A stretch of DNA of 64,000 nucleotides from Eledone cirrhosa (taxonomy: Eukaryota): assembly GCA_964016885.1 (NCBI GenBank), contig OZ024743.1, positions 126,914,001 through 126,978,000 of the forward strand, in the 5' to 3' direction. The notes under the pieces were generated by a model. It did not search any database, was not told the DNA's origin, and was given only the letters and a program-made list of their open reading frames with translations. A program made the translations under genes and the position numbers. This document shows, one piece after another, positions 1 through 11,135 of this stretch (positions within the stretch are counted from its first letter, which is position 1; every line of letters starts with the position of its first letter).

Positions 1-630
1 TAGACAACACAGAAATTAAAATATCTAAACATAGAAATGACCCAGCAGATAGGCAAATCAGAGAAACCAGTGAAATAGAACTTAGAAGGCCAAGGCTAAA
101 CAGAAAAAATGAATGGAATAACAACACCACCCAAACAAACAATACTGACCTAAGAGAAGTATAAATAAATAAATTAAAAAAAAATAAATAAATACATACA
201 CAAGCACAATAACAACAAACACATATAAACACACACTAGTAAACTAAGATAGAATACAATAACCAATACAGTCACCCAAACACTATACACACACGCAAAC
301 GCATGCGCAGAGAAGAAGACAAAAATAAATAAATAAACAGACTAAATAAAGATGGTGTAGGCATATAATACAACAGGAGGAAACATAATACCACCACTGA
401 CGATGTTGCAGATGTGCAACAAAAGAACTTTGTTAGACTATATATATCTGTTTGTGTCTATATTATATCTGTATTTTTTACCGTTGGTCAGTCAATGGTA
501 TATATTGAGGACCGAATAAATTAAATTAACCAATATAAAAGACACAGAAGCGAAAACCAACCAAACAGTGAGTGTGTTCTGTTATTAATTCTGGCAATAT
601 TATTACACAAATATGACCCTCCCCAAGTAT

Positions 631-640
<10 letters not shown>
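1..640 (+). mobile_element. 3' end of a Penelope-like element (GIY-YIG C-terminus, 3' pLTR region) abutting (TA)n
   Basis: The first ~160 nt translate to ...RQIRETSEIELRRPRLNR, which fits the GIY-YIG tail motif R-x-I-x-E...I...P-x-LN. It is followed by a hammerhead-like core at 397-424. The terminus ATGACCCTCCCCAAGTATAACAATAT is shared with the element at 55786-55996. Confidence 0.65.
391..432 (+). ncRNA. degenerate type I hammerhead ribozyme
   Basis: CTGACGA at 397-403, stem II GTTGCA-gatg-TGCAAC, then AAAA in place of GAAA (consistent with CpG decay). Confidence 0.55.
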
Positions 641-668
<28 letters not shown>

Positions 669-669
<1 letters not shown>

Positions 670-1112
670 CATCATCATCACCGTTTTACGTCCATTCTTC
701 CACGCTAGCATGGGTTAGATGGGTTGTCCTGCTGTGGGCAGTGCCCGGTCGCCAGACCTTATCTTGCTCATACAAGAACTGATTTTGGCTCGATTTCTAC
801 AGCTGGATGCCCTCCCTAACACCAACCTCGTTTACAATGAGTGGTGGGTGCTTTTTTTCTGTGGCGCCTACACGACCACTTTACAGTGTGGGCTGGGTGC
901 TTTTTTGCTGTGGCACCTCCACGACCACTTTGCAGTGTGAGGGATATTGTCAATATGCTTCAGCTTCGGCTTGTACCTGTGGGAAGTTGGGTCTTCTGTA
1001 TTACTGCATGATGCCAGAGGTCACGGTCCTGCATCATCGCCTTTGAGAGGTGCAATTGGGTAAGGTCGGCTTTTATCACCTCATCCCAGGTCTTCTTGGG
1101 TCTCCCCACTCC
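669..1112 (-). mobile_element. RTE LINE 3' end with (GAT)n tail
   Basis: Reverse complement closely matches the 3' ORF end and 3' UTR of the RTE at 45880-46323. Confidence 0.85.
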
Positions 1113-1186
1113 GCGATCTCCATCAACATATACATAACTTGGTTTTTACACTTCAGCAACATGCTAAAATCTTCTATCAGTAGGCA

Positions 1187-1266
1187 GGGTCTCCTTAGTG
1201 TAATGGCTAATGCACTTGTCTGGCATCTGAGTGATGTAGGGTTTGATTCCTCCTCACAAGTGCCAT
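1187..1266 (+). mobile_element. tRNA-derived SINE head or tRNA pseudogene
   Basis: A-box-like TAGTGTAATGG and B-box-like GGTTTGATTCC at tRNA spacing; no good acceptor stem. Confidence 0.45.
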
Positions 1267-1634
1267 TGTCCACTTCTTATTGTCTCCAGGAGTTCTTGAT
1301 TTTTTTTTCAATTATTATTATAGTTATTTGCGTTGGGATAACTACATTTCAAATATATATATATATATATATATAAAATATACAAATATATTACACAAAT
1401 AGAAGTGTGTTACACAGTGAAATGTGTGTGTAAAGGATTATTACAAGTGATCCTTGTATATATATATATATCAACTAGAAATAGATTGACATATATATAT
1501 ATATAAAATAAATACATGGAACAATTACAGGGAATAATTTGTAAAGAATGTAAGCATACATAGCAGTGTGATACACATCTACAGTGGATATGGCGCATGT
1601 CTCTCAGACATGACAACCCTTAATTTAATTTTGG

Positions 1635-1672
<38 letters not shown>

Positions 1673-2800
1673 TGGTGATATATACAATATATGCACTCAG
1701 TACATGCTGTAAAGTAGTCAGTGATAGGAAGGGTCTCCAGCCAGAGAAAGCTTGTAAAACGAAGAGTTAAGAGGACCCTCAGTTGTGGCAAAGACATAGC
1801 CTTACCTGTGCATGACCATACAGAAGCAAGATGACAGATCCCTGGCTTGCCTGAGAGATCATTAGCCACCGCTTCAGTACTGACTTGGTCTATGTAGACC
1901 TGTCCAACCCTTGCTAGCAGGGAAAGCAGATGTTAAAATAATTTTCTACTTTTTGGCACAAGGCCAGCAATAACCCAGTGCATTACTGGTACTTTATTTT
2001 ATTGACCCCCGTAAGCATGAAAGGCAAAGTTAACCTCGGCGGGATTTGAACTCAGAATGGCAGATGTTAAAATAATGATGAGGAGGATGATACATACATA
2101 TATATATATACTTCTCTAATGTTGGTGCTACAATAAAATGCATGCAGTGCACTCTTGGAAGTGTGGAAATGCGAGATGTGGACCCTGGTCTCATCTGAGA
2201 TGTTAGTAGTTCTGAGTAAGTGCTGACTTGGTTCAGTCAACCCATCCAACCCTTGATAACAGAAAAAAAGATGTTAAATGATGATGATGCTAATGATATA
2301 TATGACCAAAGCTTTTTAAATTGGTCTATCAAATTATGTAACAACTGTCAAAACTGTAACTAAGTTATCTGATAAACAGAGATAGAGAAATAAGTACTAG
2401 AGATATCTTAGAATAAAATCTTTGAAGAGAGCTCTCATGCATGACCAAATTCAATGATTGAACGCAGTAAAATAATACACCCCAACAATTCCCACCTAAC
2501 AAGAACACCCCTAACAATATCCTCATAGCAGGGTCAACTCTAACACTATCACCCCACATACTTATAAGAGAACATGTAACAATATCCTCCTAACAGAAGC
2601 CTTCCTAATAATTGTTTCTACATTTGGCACAAAGCCAGAAATTATCCCAGTGTATATTTTATCAACCCCGTAAGGATGAAAGGCAAAGTTAACCTCGGCT
2701 GGATTTGAACTCAGATCGTAAAGGGCAGTAACTCTATGCTGCAAAGCATGGCGTCCGATCCTCTACCAATACTGCCAATTCACCGCTTTACTCTCCCTAA

Positions 2801-2979
2801 TAATTGTTTCTACTTTTGGCACAAAGCCAGCAATTACCCAGTACATTACTGGTACTTTATTTTATCGACCACGTGAGGATGAAAGGCAAAGTTAACCTCG
2901 GCGGGATTTGAACTTAGATCGTAAAGGGACGTAACTATGCTGGAAAGCATGTCTGACCCTCTACCGATACTGCCAATTC
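2801..2979 (-). mobile_element. tRNA-derived SINE with Deu/Nin-like core (left breakpoint of the duplication)
   Basis: Pol III A/B boxes plus GCCTTTCATCC...CGATAAAATAAAGTACCAG core on the minus strand. Further family copies at ~1940, 2609, 3535, 9695, 15063, 20748, 34528 and 53025. Confidence 0.85.
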
Positions 2980-4439
2980 AAATGCCCTTCTAACAGGAGT
3001 ACCTTCAGTAGGAACCTCCTTAACAGCATGTGTTAGCGGAGCTTTACAAACCTCCACTGTATTCCATCTGAATGTTCATCCAAATGAATTCATCTCTTCT
3101 GTATTTTCTATGAACAACCTTCTCTTATCCATCTTCTAATCACACACAGTCCTACAATATAAGAGGTCTCTACGTGGTAGCTCAATCTGGTAGAAATAGC
3201 AGCCAAATTCCCTCATTACATCCTACCAGCTTAAAAAAATAAGGAAGAAATTATTGGATAAGTCCTTTTTATTACTTAATCAGGAAGAATGGTGGTGTCC
3301 ATGGCCCTTTTCATGAACTCTGAGTCTGGTGGAGGGATGGAGGAAGGAAGGAGAGGATTTTCAAACTGGAAATCTGATCTGTATATTCACAACAGAGTGG
3401 TCTCTGCTAAAGGCACCCAATGACCAGATGGTGGTGTTAAACCAGGCAATGGATTAAGTCTACCTCCAGAGAGCCATAACAAATATCACAAAGTATTTGA
3501 TCTGACACTCTAGCGATTTCACCTGTCCTAGATTGGTAATTTATTGACCCTAGAAGGATGAAAGGCAAAGTTAACCTCAACAGAATTTGAACTCAGAATG
3601 TAAGGAACTGACATGAATATATTTCAAAGTATTTTATCATCCATTCTTAACACTTCTGCCATTTCACTACTTGGAGTTAAATAACAGCAGTGATATCCTG
3701 TCACTGTGTCTCTGGTATACCATCATCTCAGAAGAGGAAGCTTTTTACATTTCGTTAATTAGAGGCTTCTGCTTAATTAGTCCCTCTCTATAGCAACGAC
3801 CTCAGTGTGTTGCCGTAGCAACAACCTCCACATTTAAATCTCACAGAAACAGAGTTAAATCACTACTGATGGATCACATCTTATGACTGTAGTACCTTTG
3901 ATCAAAGGTCTTCTAGTTTAGAATTACTTGGGGCTAAACAACAGTAATTAATTGGTAAATCTTCATTTCTCACTGAACCACATCCAATCTCTACTATTGA
4001 TGATTTGAGCCAATACATGGTAATAGACCTGCTAAAAATGACAAACAAATTTCCCTCAAATCACACAAAAGTGTGTGTGTGGTTGTGTAAGGTGGGATGG
4101 AAAGGGACAGATTAGATTATTTATACAATGTTAGAAAGACTAGATGGCCACAACTAGAACACCTTAGATCTTAGATTTGTCTGAGAATGTGTGACCTAGT
4201 GTTAAACAACAATTGTGTGTGTAATGTTGGATCTTCATCAATTCTGACAACAAGTGTTCCAGTTTTTCAAACAATGGAACAGCATATTCAACAGGCATGT
4301 GTACCTTTAGTGTATAAAACGCAGAAAGATTTTGCGACCAATAATAAATACAATACTTAATTACATAAATATTTCACATAAGAATATAGAATCAAAGTGA
4401 AAGAAAATATTAATTAAACATTGTGTGCCAATCAGTCAC

Positions 4440-4665
4440 ATACCACAAGGGGTGATGGAGCCTCACTCTAATACTTTTTGAGGCAAGCCAACACACTCGC
4501 AGCATTGCTATGGGTGATAACAAGGTTACGGCACTGAAACAACCTAACATCCTTACAGGCATCACCTGCTACCATGACAACAACTTTGTTGTCAACAGCC
4601 CAGCCCTCTCAAAGGTCACAAATGCCACAGGCTGGTCAAATAGTGTGCCGATAGTTCCCAGTATT
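4440..4665 (-). mobile_element. older 5'-truncated CRE-clade fragment in tandem with the large CRE element
   Basis: Translates to QPVAFVTF...RLFQ...ITHSNAASVLACLKKY*, homologous to the C-terminus of ORF 4976-5362. Confidence 0.7.
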
Positions 4666-4669
4666 TTAG

Positions 4670-7600
4670 AATTATAATAATCTTACAAATATTTTATTGA
4701 CATTAGTATAAATAACATTACAAATCGTTTGCAATTCTTTCAGAATGAAAATATAAACAGAGCATATGAATAAATTTACAGTAGAATAACATGTTTTAAA
4801 TATATACATAAATAACATTACAAAATGCTTAGATAACATTATAAATTGCTCGCGATTCTTTCAGAAAGACATATTCTTTTAATGTTACAATATTAAAGAA
4901 AATGTAAAGGAAGGGGTGAACAACCGAGGCAACACCAAAGCAAAAGACAGCAGCGAGGGGTACTAGACAACCTCTCTAATGATTTTTGAGGAAAGCCAAC
5001 ACACTCACAGCGTTGTCTCGGGTGATGGCGAGGCTAATGCGCTGGAACAACCAAGCGCCCTTGCAAGATTCGCCAGTTACCTCTATTAAGCAAGCCGCCA
5101 GTGAAGAGAGGAACCATGCAGTCAGAGGCCCGACTCCCCCAAACATCTCGAAAGCCACAGGCTGAAAAATGTAGCTGGCCGACAGATCAAAGTATTTGAG
5201 GGTCTTACTCCGCTCGGCTGCGGCTCTCGTCCTAACCGCAGCATCCAGAATGTGGGAGAGAGCAAAAGAGTCACTAACAGTGACGTCCCAGACAAGGCAC
5301 CTGCCTCTCGACCAGGGGCACAAGTTAAGGCCGTCAGGTCTTTTGGCATCACTTCTGGACAACCCAGATCGAGGGGATGTTTGCCCGGGACAAAGCTCTC
5401 TTGAGAAGGAAGTTTAGTTTGGTGTAATGCGCGAAGCGGCCAGCATTCAGGTGACAAGAAAGACCATGGAGGCCTGTGGAGTCGAGGAGTTTGCGGTATC
5501 AGCACCTCAAACCCATGCAGACGTCATCTCCCACTCTGAGGGCGATGGAGACACGATGTTCGTCCATGCTGAGTAGGCCACCGATGTTGGCCACGGGTAA
5601 GGCATCAACCCAGTCGCCTGAGTATTTGGCACTGGCAGATAGTAAGCGGCACCTTGCAAACTGATCTGACTGGACGAAGAGGGAATCGAAGATGGCCTTC
5701 AAACTTATGCTGTCCCAAGTTCTCTGACTTCGACTGTCCTCCACCTTCTCAGGAGGAGACAAGCCCAACTCACTCCATTGCTGGAGAGCTTCACCCAACT
5801 TCCTGTTGGAACTAGTCCATGTTGGAGAGGGGAGGATGCTGCTCACCAGGGTGGAAGAAAGGAAGCAGGGGAGAGAGAGGGTCGAACAATTACGAAGACC
5901 AAGACCCCCAAATCGCTTGGGCAACGCAGCCTGATCATGGGACTCTGGAGAGAGTCTAACATTGACCAGGCACTCAAGTCACTCAAAGCTTAGGTCGTCG
6001 AGGCATTGGAGGCAGGACTGAAATCAAGTTGGTAAATGCTCTGGTAGCGTGGACAGCAGCCTCACATCCCAACTTGGTACCCACTCCCAGCTGGATGGGG
6101 GAGAATTCTTCCGCCAGTGAGTCGGAGACCAACAGCAAACACGCCTTTGCAGTGAGGCGGTGAAGGGTGCTACCAACCGCAATGGGACGCAGGTCTCCGT
6201 TGGGCTTGATGAGACCAAATAGCTTCGCACCAAAGAACAGTGGGCGGATGAATGGGAGAATGTTCACTGAAGAGAACTGATTCACAAACTGAGTCAGACT
6301 CTCCAAGAGCTCGAGTCCAACGTCACCGGCCGATAAGGAGATACCATCTTTGAGGTGTTGAGGACGAAGGCCGTTAATTCCCATACCTGACCCAGCGGGG
6401 AAGGATGAAATCGCCTTGCTGATGATATCGGTGGTGTAAACCGGTCTCGAGTATTCTGGTGGTTCAGGCCAGTGTAGCTGATCATCTGGGGGTGACGATG
6501 GGTGCTTCTCTTTCAGTTGCGCAAGAGAATCAGAGTAGCACGGAGCAAGGGAGGACAGAGAAGAGAGGAGACGGACAGCCCCTTTAATGTCAAATTCGCT
6601 GAATTTGGCATTGACCGCTCGCTTGGGGTCTACCGGTAGTCTGTTGGTGGACACCGAGCTCAATGTCGAACTGAGATGAGACGTGTTTGGGGTGGACTCT
6701 TGAGAGATGACGTGAGGTAACCCAAATTCGCATTGTGCACATGAAGAGAGATGAGGGGAAACAAAAACAATTTCTGCCAGTCAGACCTATTGTTGGACGA
6801 GAAAACGTTTTTCAATAAATTAAAGAGGGCACGTGCAAAGTTATTCCGAGCTCGCTTAGGGATCTGGTTAACGAGCTTAGATTTAGAGAAACCCCGGAGG
6901 GCTGCGGCAAAGTCCTCGGTAGAGAGTTGGTCATCGAAGCGTGGGGCATCCCCACGGAATACGTCGGAGCTGAAGTGGCACCGATTACAGGTCCAGTGTT
7001 GAGGCCTTTCGGCTTGAGCTTTGGTGATGCCGACACAGCTTCTGTGTTAGCTTGCGTGGCATAGGTGACATTTGATTGTCTTTAAGTACCGGCTAGTGCG
7101 GGCACAGAGAGCACAATCAGGTGGTGGGCTGGCAGCAGCCGGCAGTGGAGGGCCAACATTAGAAATCGGTGGAGGGAGTGAGTCAGTGAGGCAGCAGTGG
7201 TTCTAACGGTGGGACTTGAGCGGAGGTTGGGTAGTGGCCTAACAGTTGTAGGGGTGGTGGTTTGGGCCGGGTTGAATTCGCTTGGAATCTGCGGTGAAGG
7301 GGGGGGGGGGTAGGGGGGGACAAGTTAGCTCCTCTCGTGCGTGCCGAAGTTGGTGGAGAATGAGAGGTCGAAGGCTGACCGTTTGTCACATTGTCGTACC
7401 ACCAAGCAAGTCACTTGGACGTTCGACGCATGCCTCCGCCACCTAGAGTGGATCAGGTTAAAGTGGTGGCAACTTTATCAATCGGCAATCACCGGTGATA
7501 GTTCGATCGACCAACGGGTTGAACGAAGAAATAGGAGGGTTGTGCGCGAGGACGAAGTAAGGGGGGAGAAGATTATGAGTGCGTGGGGATAAGTGAGGCA
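4670..7600 (-). mobile_element. CRE-clade non-LTR retrotransposon (PHD finger, RT, CCHC knuckle, restriction-like endonuclease), pseudogenised
   Basis: RT N-part GINGLRPQHL...GDLRPIAVGSTLHRL...QLGVG; thumb LPKRFGGLGL; CCHC knuckle (C-x-C...H-GLS-C); RLE motif KRPDG...LVWDVTV; C-terminus FQRISLAITRDN. The RT core (YxDD) is deleted, with stops and frameshifts. AATAAA lies near 4695 on the minus strand. Confidence 0.85.
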
Positions 7601-8844
7601 GGTAAACACAGTGGAAGAGAAAGAGCAATGAACATGCAAAGAGATGGAAAATAAAAACGTTAGAAGTACAAAATTTACATGGGTAAATCCACAGTAAAAT
7701 CAGAAATTGTGAGTTTGTGTAAATTAAATAGTACGACGGTTCAGTTATATTCAAGTATGCGAAAATGTAAACAAATATTTATATCCCAGACATAAATGTT
7801 AATTTCCACTTCTATATACTCTTTTATATACTCTTTTATATAATTATCTGCTGTGGATTTTGTATTTCGCTCTATATCTTAACTGAACTTTCTGTGTTAT
7901 CGCCGCTATGAAATTCAGTTTCTACAATTTCTCATAGAATTATGTTGCTAAACTGCCAAGCTATTTCGTCTGATTACATTCTGGTTTCAAACATTTCTTG
8001 ACAGTGAGACAAGCCAACACGCTCAGCATTACTACGGAAATTACTTGGGAAAATCAACTAAATTTTATGACAAGGAAGATAACTCTAGTCCAAGGGACAT
8101 AACTACCTGGTCACGATTTATTTATTTATTTATTTTTTAAGTTGCGACAGGTAAATAAAAACAACAAAATTAATAATCGTGCACAAGGCCAGAAATCGTT
8201 GGGTGGATGGGTTAATCGATTAAACCGACTCCAATACTTCACCAGTATATTTAACCACCACCTACGGGATGGAAACTTATGTTGACAAAGACGGGATTTG
8301 AAACAAGAGCGTATAGAATCGGAACAAATAAGGCAATTCCTTTTGATCAACTCTTTAACAATTTGTCCTATATAGAAATGACTACATATATAAGTATTTA
8401 GCTGTTGTCAAATAAAATAATTAGATCATCGTTAGAGTATGACTGGTTCTTTGTTTTACAAATCCTGGGAAGGTGATTTCGACACGATTCAAACGCAGAA
8501 CGTAAAGTTATGCAACTACCAACTGCAAGGCAGGGTTCATTGTAAGATTCTGTCGATTCTGTCTTCTTTTTTATATATCAAAATATTATTTTTAGTTTAG
8601 GTAAATGTGATTGCTAAATCGGGTATGTCAAATGAAAAAGTGAGCGTGGTTTGATTATAACGAGTATAAGTTATTCCGAAGATATTCCAGTCGTGACCAA
8701 CCCATTTTTTGCTTGTAAAAGAATACATACTCCTCTATGCCTTTCTCATTTTATAACTTTAGGCTGTAAGAAAATTTGGCTACTATTTCTAGCAAACTGA
8801 GCAGCTAAGTTGGGTTAACGTAGTGATGCAATCTACGATTAAAT

Positions 8845-9100
8845 AAGCTCTGCTGCACGTCGGGCTGAGGAGGCTAAACTCTCCAAATATCGGTCGCTCT
8901 CCAACAGGGTTGCGGTCGAGCCCGTAGCAGTGCAGACTTTTAATGTTCTTGGCCCTAGAGCCACGTCCCTATTCACCACCACAGTTGGCTATCCGCAGGG
9001 TTGAGAGTCGCACGAGCTGGAATAGCTTTTCCAGCGCGTCTCCCTCACCATCATTCGGGGAAATACCTTCTCTATTCTGTCCTTCGGGGCCCCTGGGCCG
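8845..9100 (+). mobile_element. CRE-clade 3' fragment (duplicate at ~23385-23640)
   Basis: AARRAEEAKLSKYRSL...EPVAVQTFNVLGPRA...LFQRVSLTIIRGN matches the CRE RLE C-terminus. Confidence 0.75.
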
Positions 9101-10177
9101 CCAGTGTGTGAACCCCCATTTGCTTATAATAGTGAGAGATGGAGGCAGTGACAGTCAGAGTTTGGTTCCATTGTATTCGGACCTGGTGTATATATTTATT
9201 TACCACATCATATACAATGACTTAGGCTATGTTAGTTCGTACTTTGATATATATTTAAAGATCTTTGAGTCGCAATCAACCGCCGATTAGGTTATTGGAT
9301 TTTTTTCTATAAAAGCAAAAGATTTAAATTTAGAGAAACTTTGGCTTAGATCTATTTGATAAAAGTAAAGAAAGATAGGATAATACTTTATCTAAGAGCA
9401 TTTAAAGGGTTACAAAAAAAAAAAAAAAAAAGTAACTATTGCCTGCTAAAATGTAAGGGGAGATAACTAGAAGGCGTTATCTAACCAGAATATAAGAGTA
9501 GAATTTATATTTATATGTTAAAACCTATGCGTAGAAGCCCTTCAGAAAGAAAAGATAGAGTAACTAGAACAAAAACGAAAAAAAAGGGGAGGCACAGAGA
9601 ACCAAAATAATCATTGAGAAGATCACAGAATGTGTGTCGAAGGAGCTTTGACAATTACATACCAACCGCTAAATAGATTAGTTATCTGACTAATAGTGGT
9701 TTCTTATATAGGCACAAGGCCAGCAATTTTTGGGGCGGGGCAAGTCCATTAAATCGACCCCAATGCGTTACTGGTACTTTATTTTATAGACTCCGTAAGG
9801 ATGAAAGGCAAAGTTAACCTCAGCGAGATTTGAATTCAGAACGTAAAGAGACGCAACTCTATATCGCAAAGCATGTTATCCGACTCCCAATCTATACTGC
9901 CAATCCACTGTGCTAGTTACCTGACTAATAATAAAACTGAAGTGTGTTTTTAGTGGCCGCGTGATTCCCCCACCACCCAACCTCCCCAAAATATATATAA
10001 AGCAACGTCATGTAAAATCATGTTGGAACATGATTTTACATGAAGAATCATCGAAAGTTTAACAGAAAAAAACACTAATTCGGAGCTGTATATTTGTTGT
10101 TAAGCTGCTATTTTGTTTTATATTTGAAAGTGGTGTATTTTTCTTTCACACACACACATATACATATATATATATAG

Positions 10178-10224
10178 GACTCAGAAATAGCCGTCGAAAC
10201 GGCTTGAGCTCTGCCGTCGGGGTT
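10178..10224 (+). ncRNA. 5'-truncated hammerhead ribozyme at the start of a ~125-bp element in (TA)n (duplicate at 24722-24768)
   Basis: GAC...GTC stem II, GAAA at 10196-10199, stem III ACGGC/GCCGT, GUC triplet at 10216-10218. CUGANGA is absent, replaced by (TA)n. Confidence 0.5.
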
Positions 10225-10645
10225 AAACTTTTTCCTATTACCCACTCTACTACCCTAAGTATTGAGTACTCTGGTGCGTTATGGTCCATCTGGTTCCTTC
10301 GTTATATATATATATACACACACGTTTAAAATTGTAGGTTTACCACTGGGTAGAATTGGTCATTCTTCCATGTTAATCATGACGTAAAATGAGAAAAACA
10401 CGTTATGCAATTCACCTGTCTTCAATGTTGAATCATATTGGTGGTGCGGGAACGGGGTAAATGTATTATAAAGTGAAATGACAGGAGGCCAAATATGTTG
10501 AATTTCCTTAATTTTCTCTTACTGTAAACACTATGCATATTTCAGTGGCCAGGTTGTGTAAGAACCCGGTTACCTCATCAGGTGTAAATTGCGGAATGAT
10601 GATAAGCTTTAAGGAAACAAGCAAAGAAAATCAAAGGGGAAAAAG

Positions 10646-10771
10646 TGTGTGTTATGCTTTTGACCCAGAGACTACGTCCGGTAGTAGCATGCTGCTACAT
10701 TGCTCAGAGACGAGCGGGCAATGTAGCAGCATGTTACTATGTCCGTCTCTGGGTCAAAAGCATAGCACACA
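10646..10771. repeat. long fold-back hairpin (copy 1)
   Basis: Inverted arms TGTGTGTTATGCTTTTGACCCAGAGAC...GTCTCTGGGTCAAAAGCATAGCACACA around a 10-nt loop. Confidence 0.9.
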
Positions 10772-11135
10772 GTTCCAACACCCCAAAAAGGTGGTCTTAC
10801 CATCTACACCAACTATAGAGGCATCAGACTTATGCAAATTGCAGCAAAGACTTACAATAGGATGATCCTGAATATGATCAGACTGTGTTGACAACATTCT
10901 ACATCCTGCCAAAATGTAATTTAGCCATTTTGCTCTACTGCCTCACACATCTTGATTCTAAGGATTGCTGAGGAGGTATGGAATCACTATGGTGTCATAG
11001 TTATCCTAGAAAACACCTGCAAAGCAGCTGAGGACGTGTTACACACAGTGGAGGCTGCAACGCAGTTCATTGGACGCTTCTTCAATGCTGGCAAAACAAA
11101 ATTCCGGCATTTCAATGCAACGTCAAATAAATAAA
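10740..11135 (+). mobile_element. decayed RTE-type RT fragment
   Basis: WVKS...PKKG...TNYRGIRLMQIAAKTYNRMIL, then later IGRFFNAGKTK. Confidence 0.65.

Noticed and set aside
10560-10582. Minus-strand CTGATGA as a hammerhead core (similar case at 56406-56412)
   Set aside because: No GAAA follows the candidate stem II.
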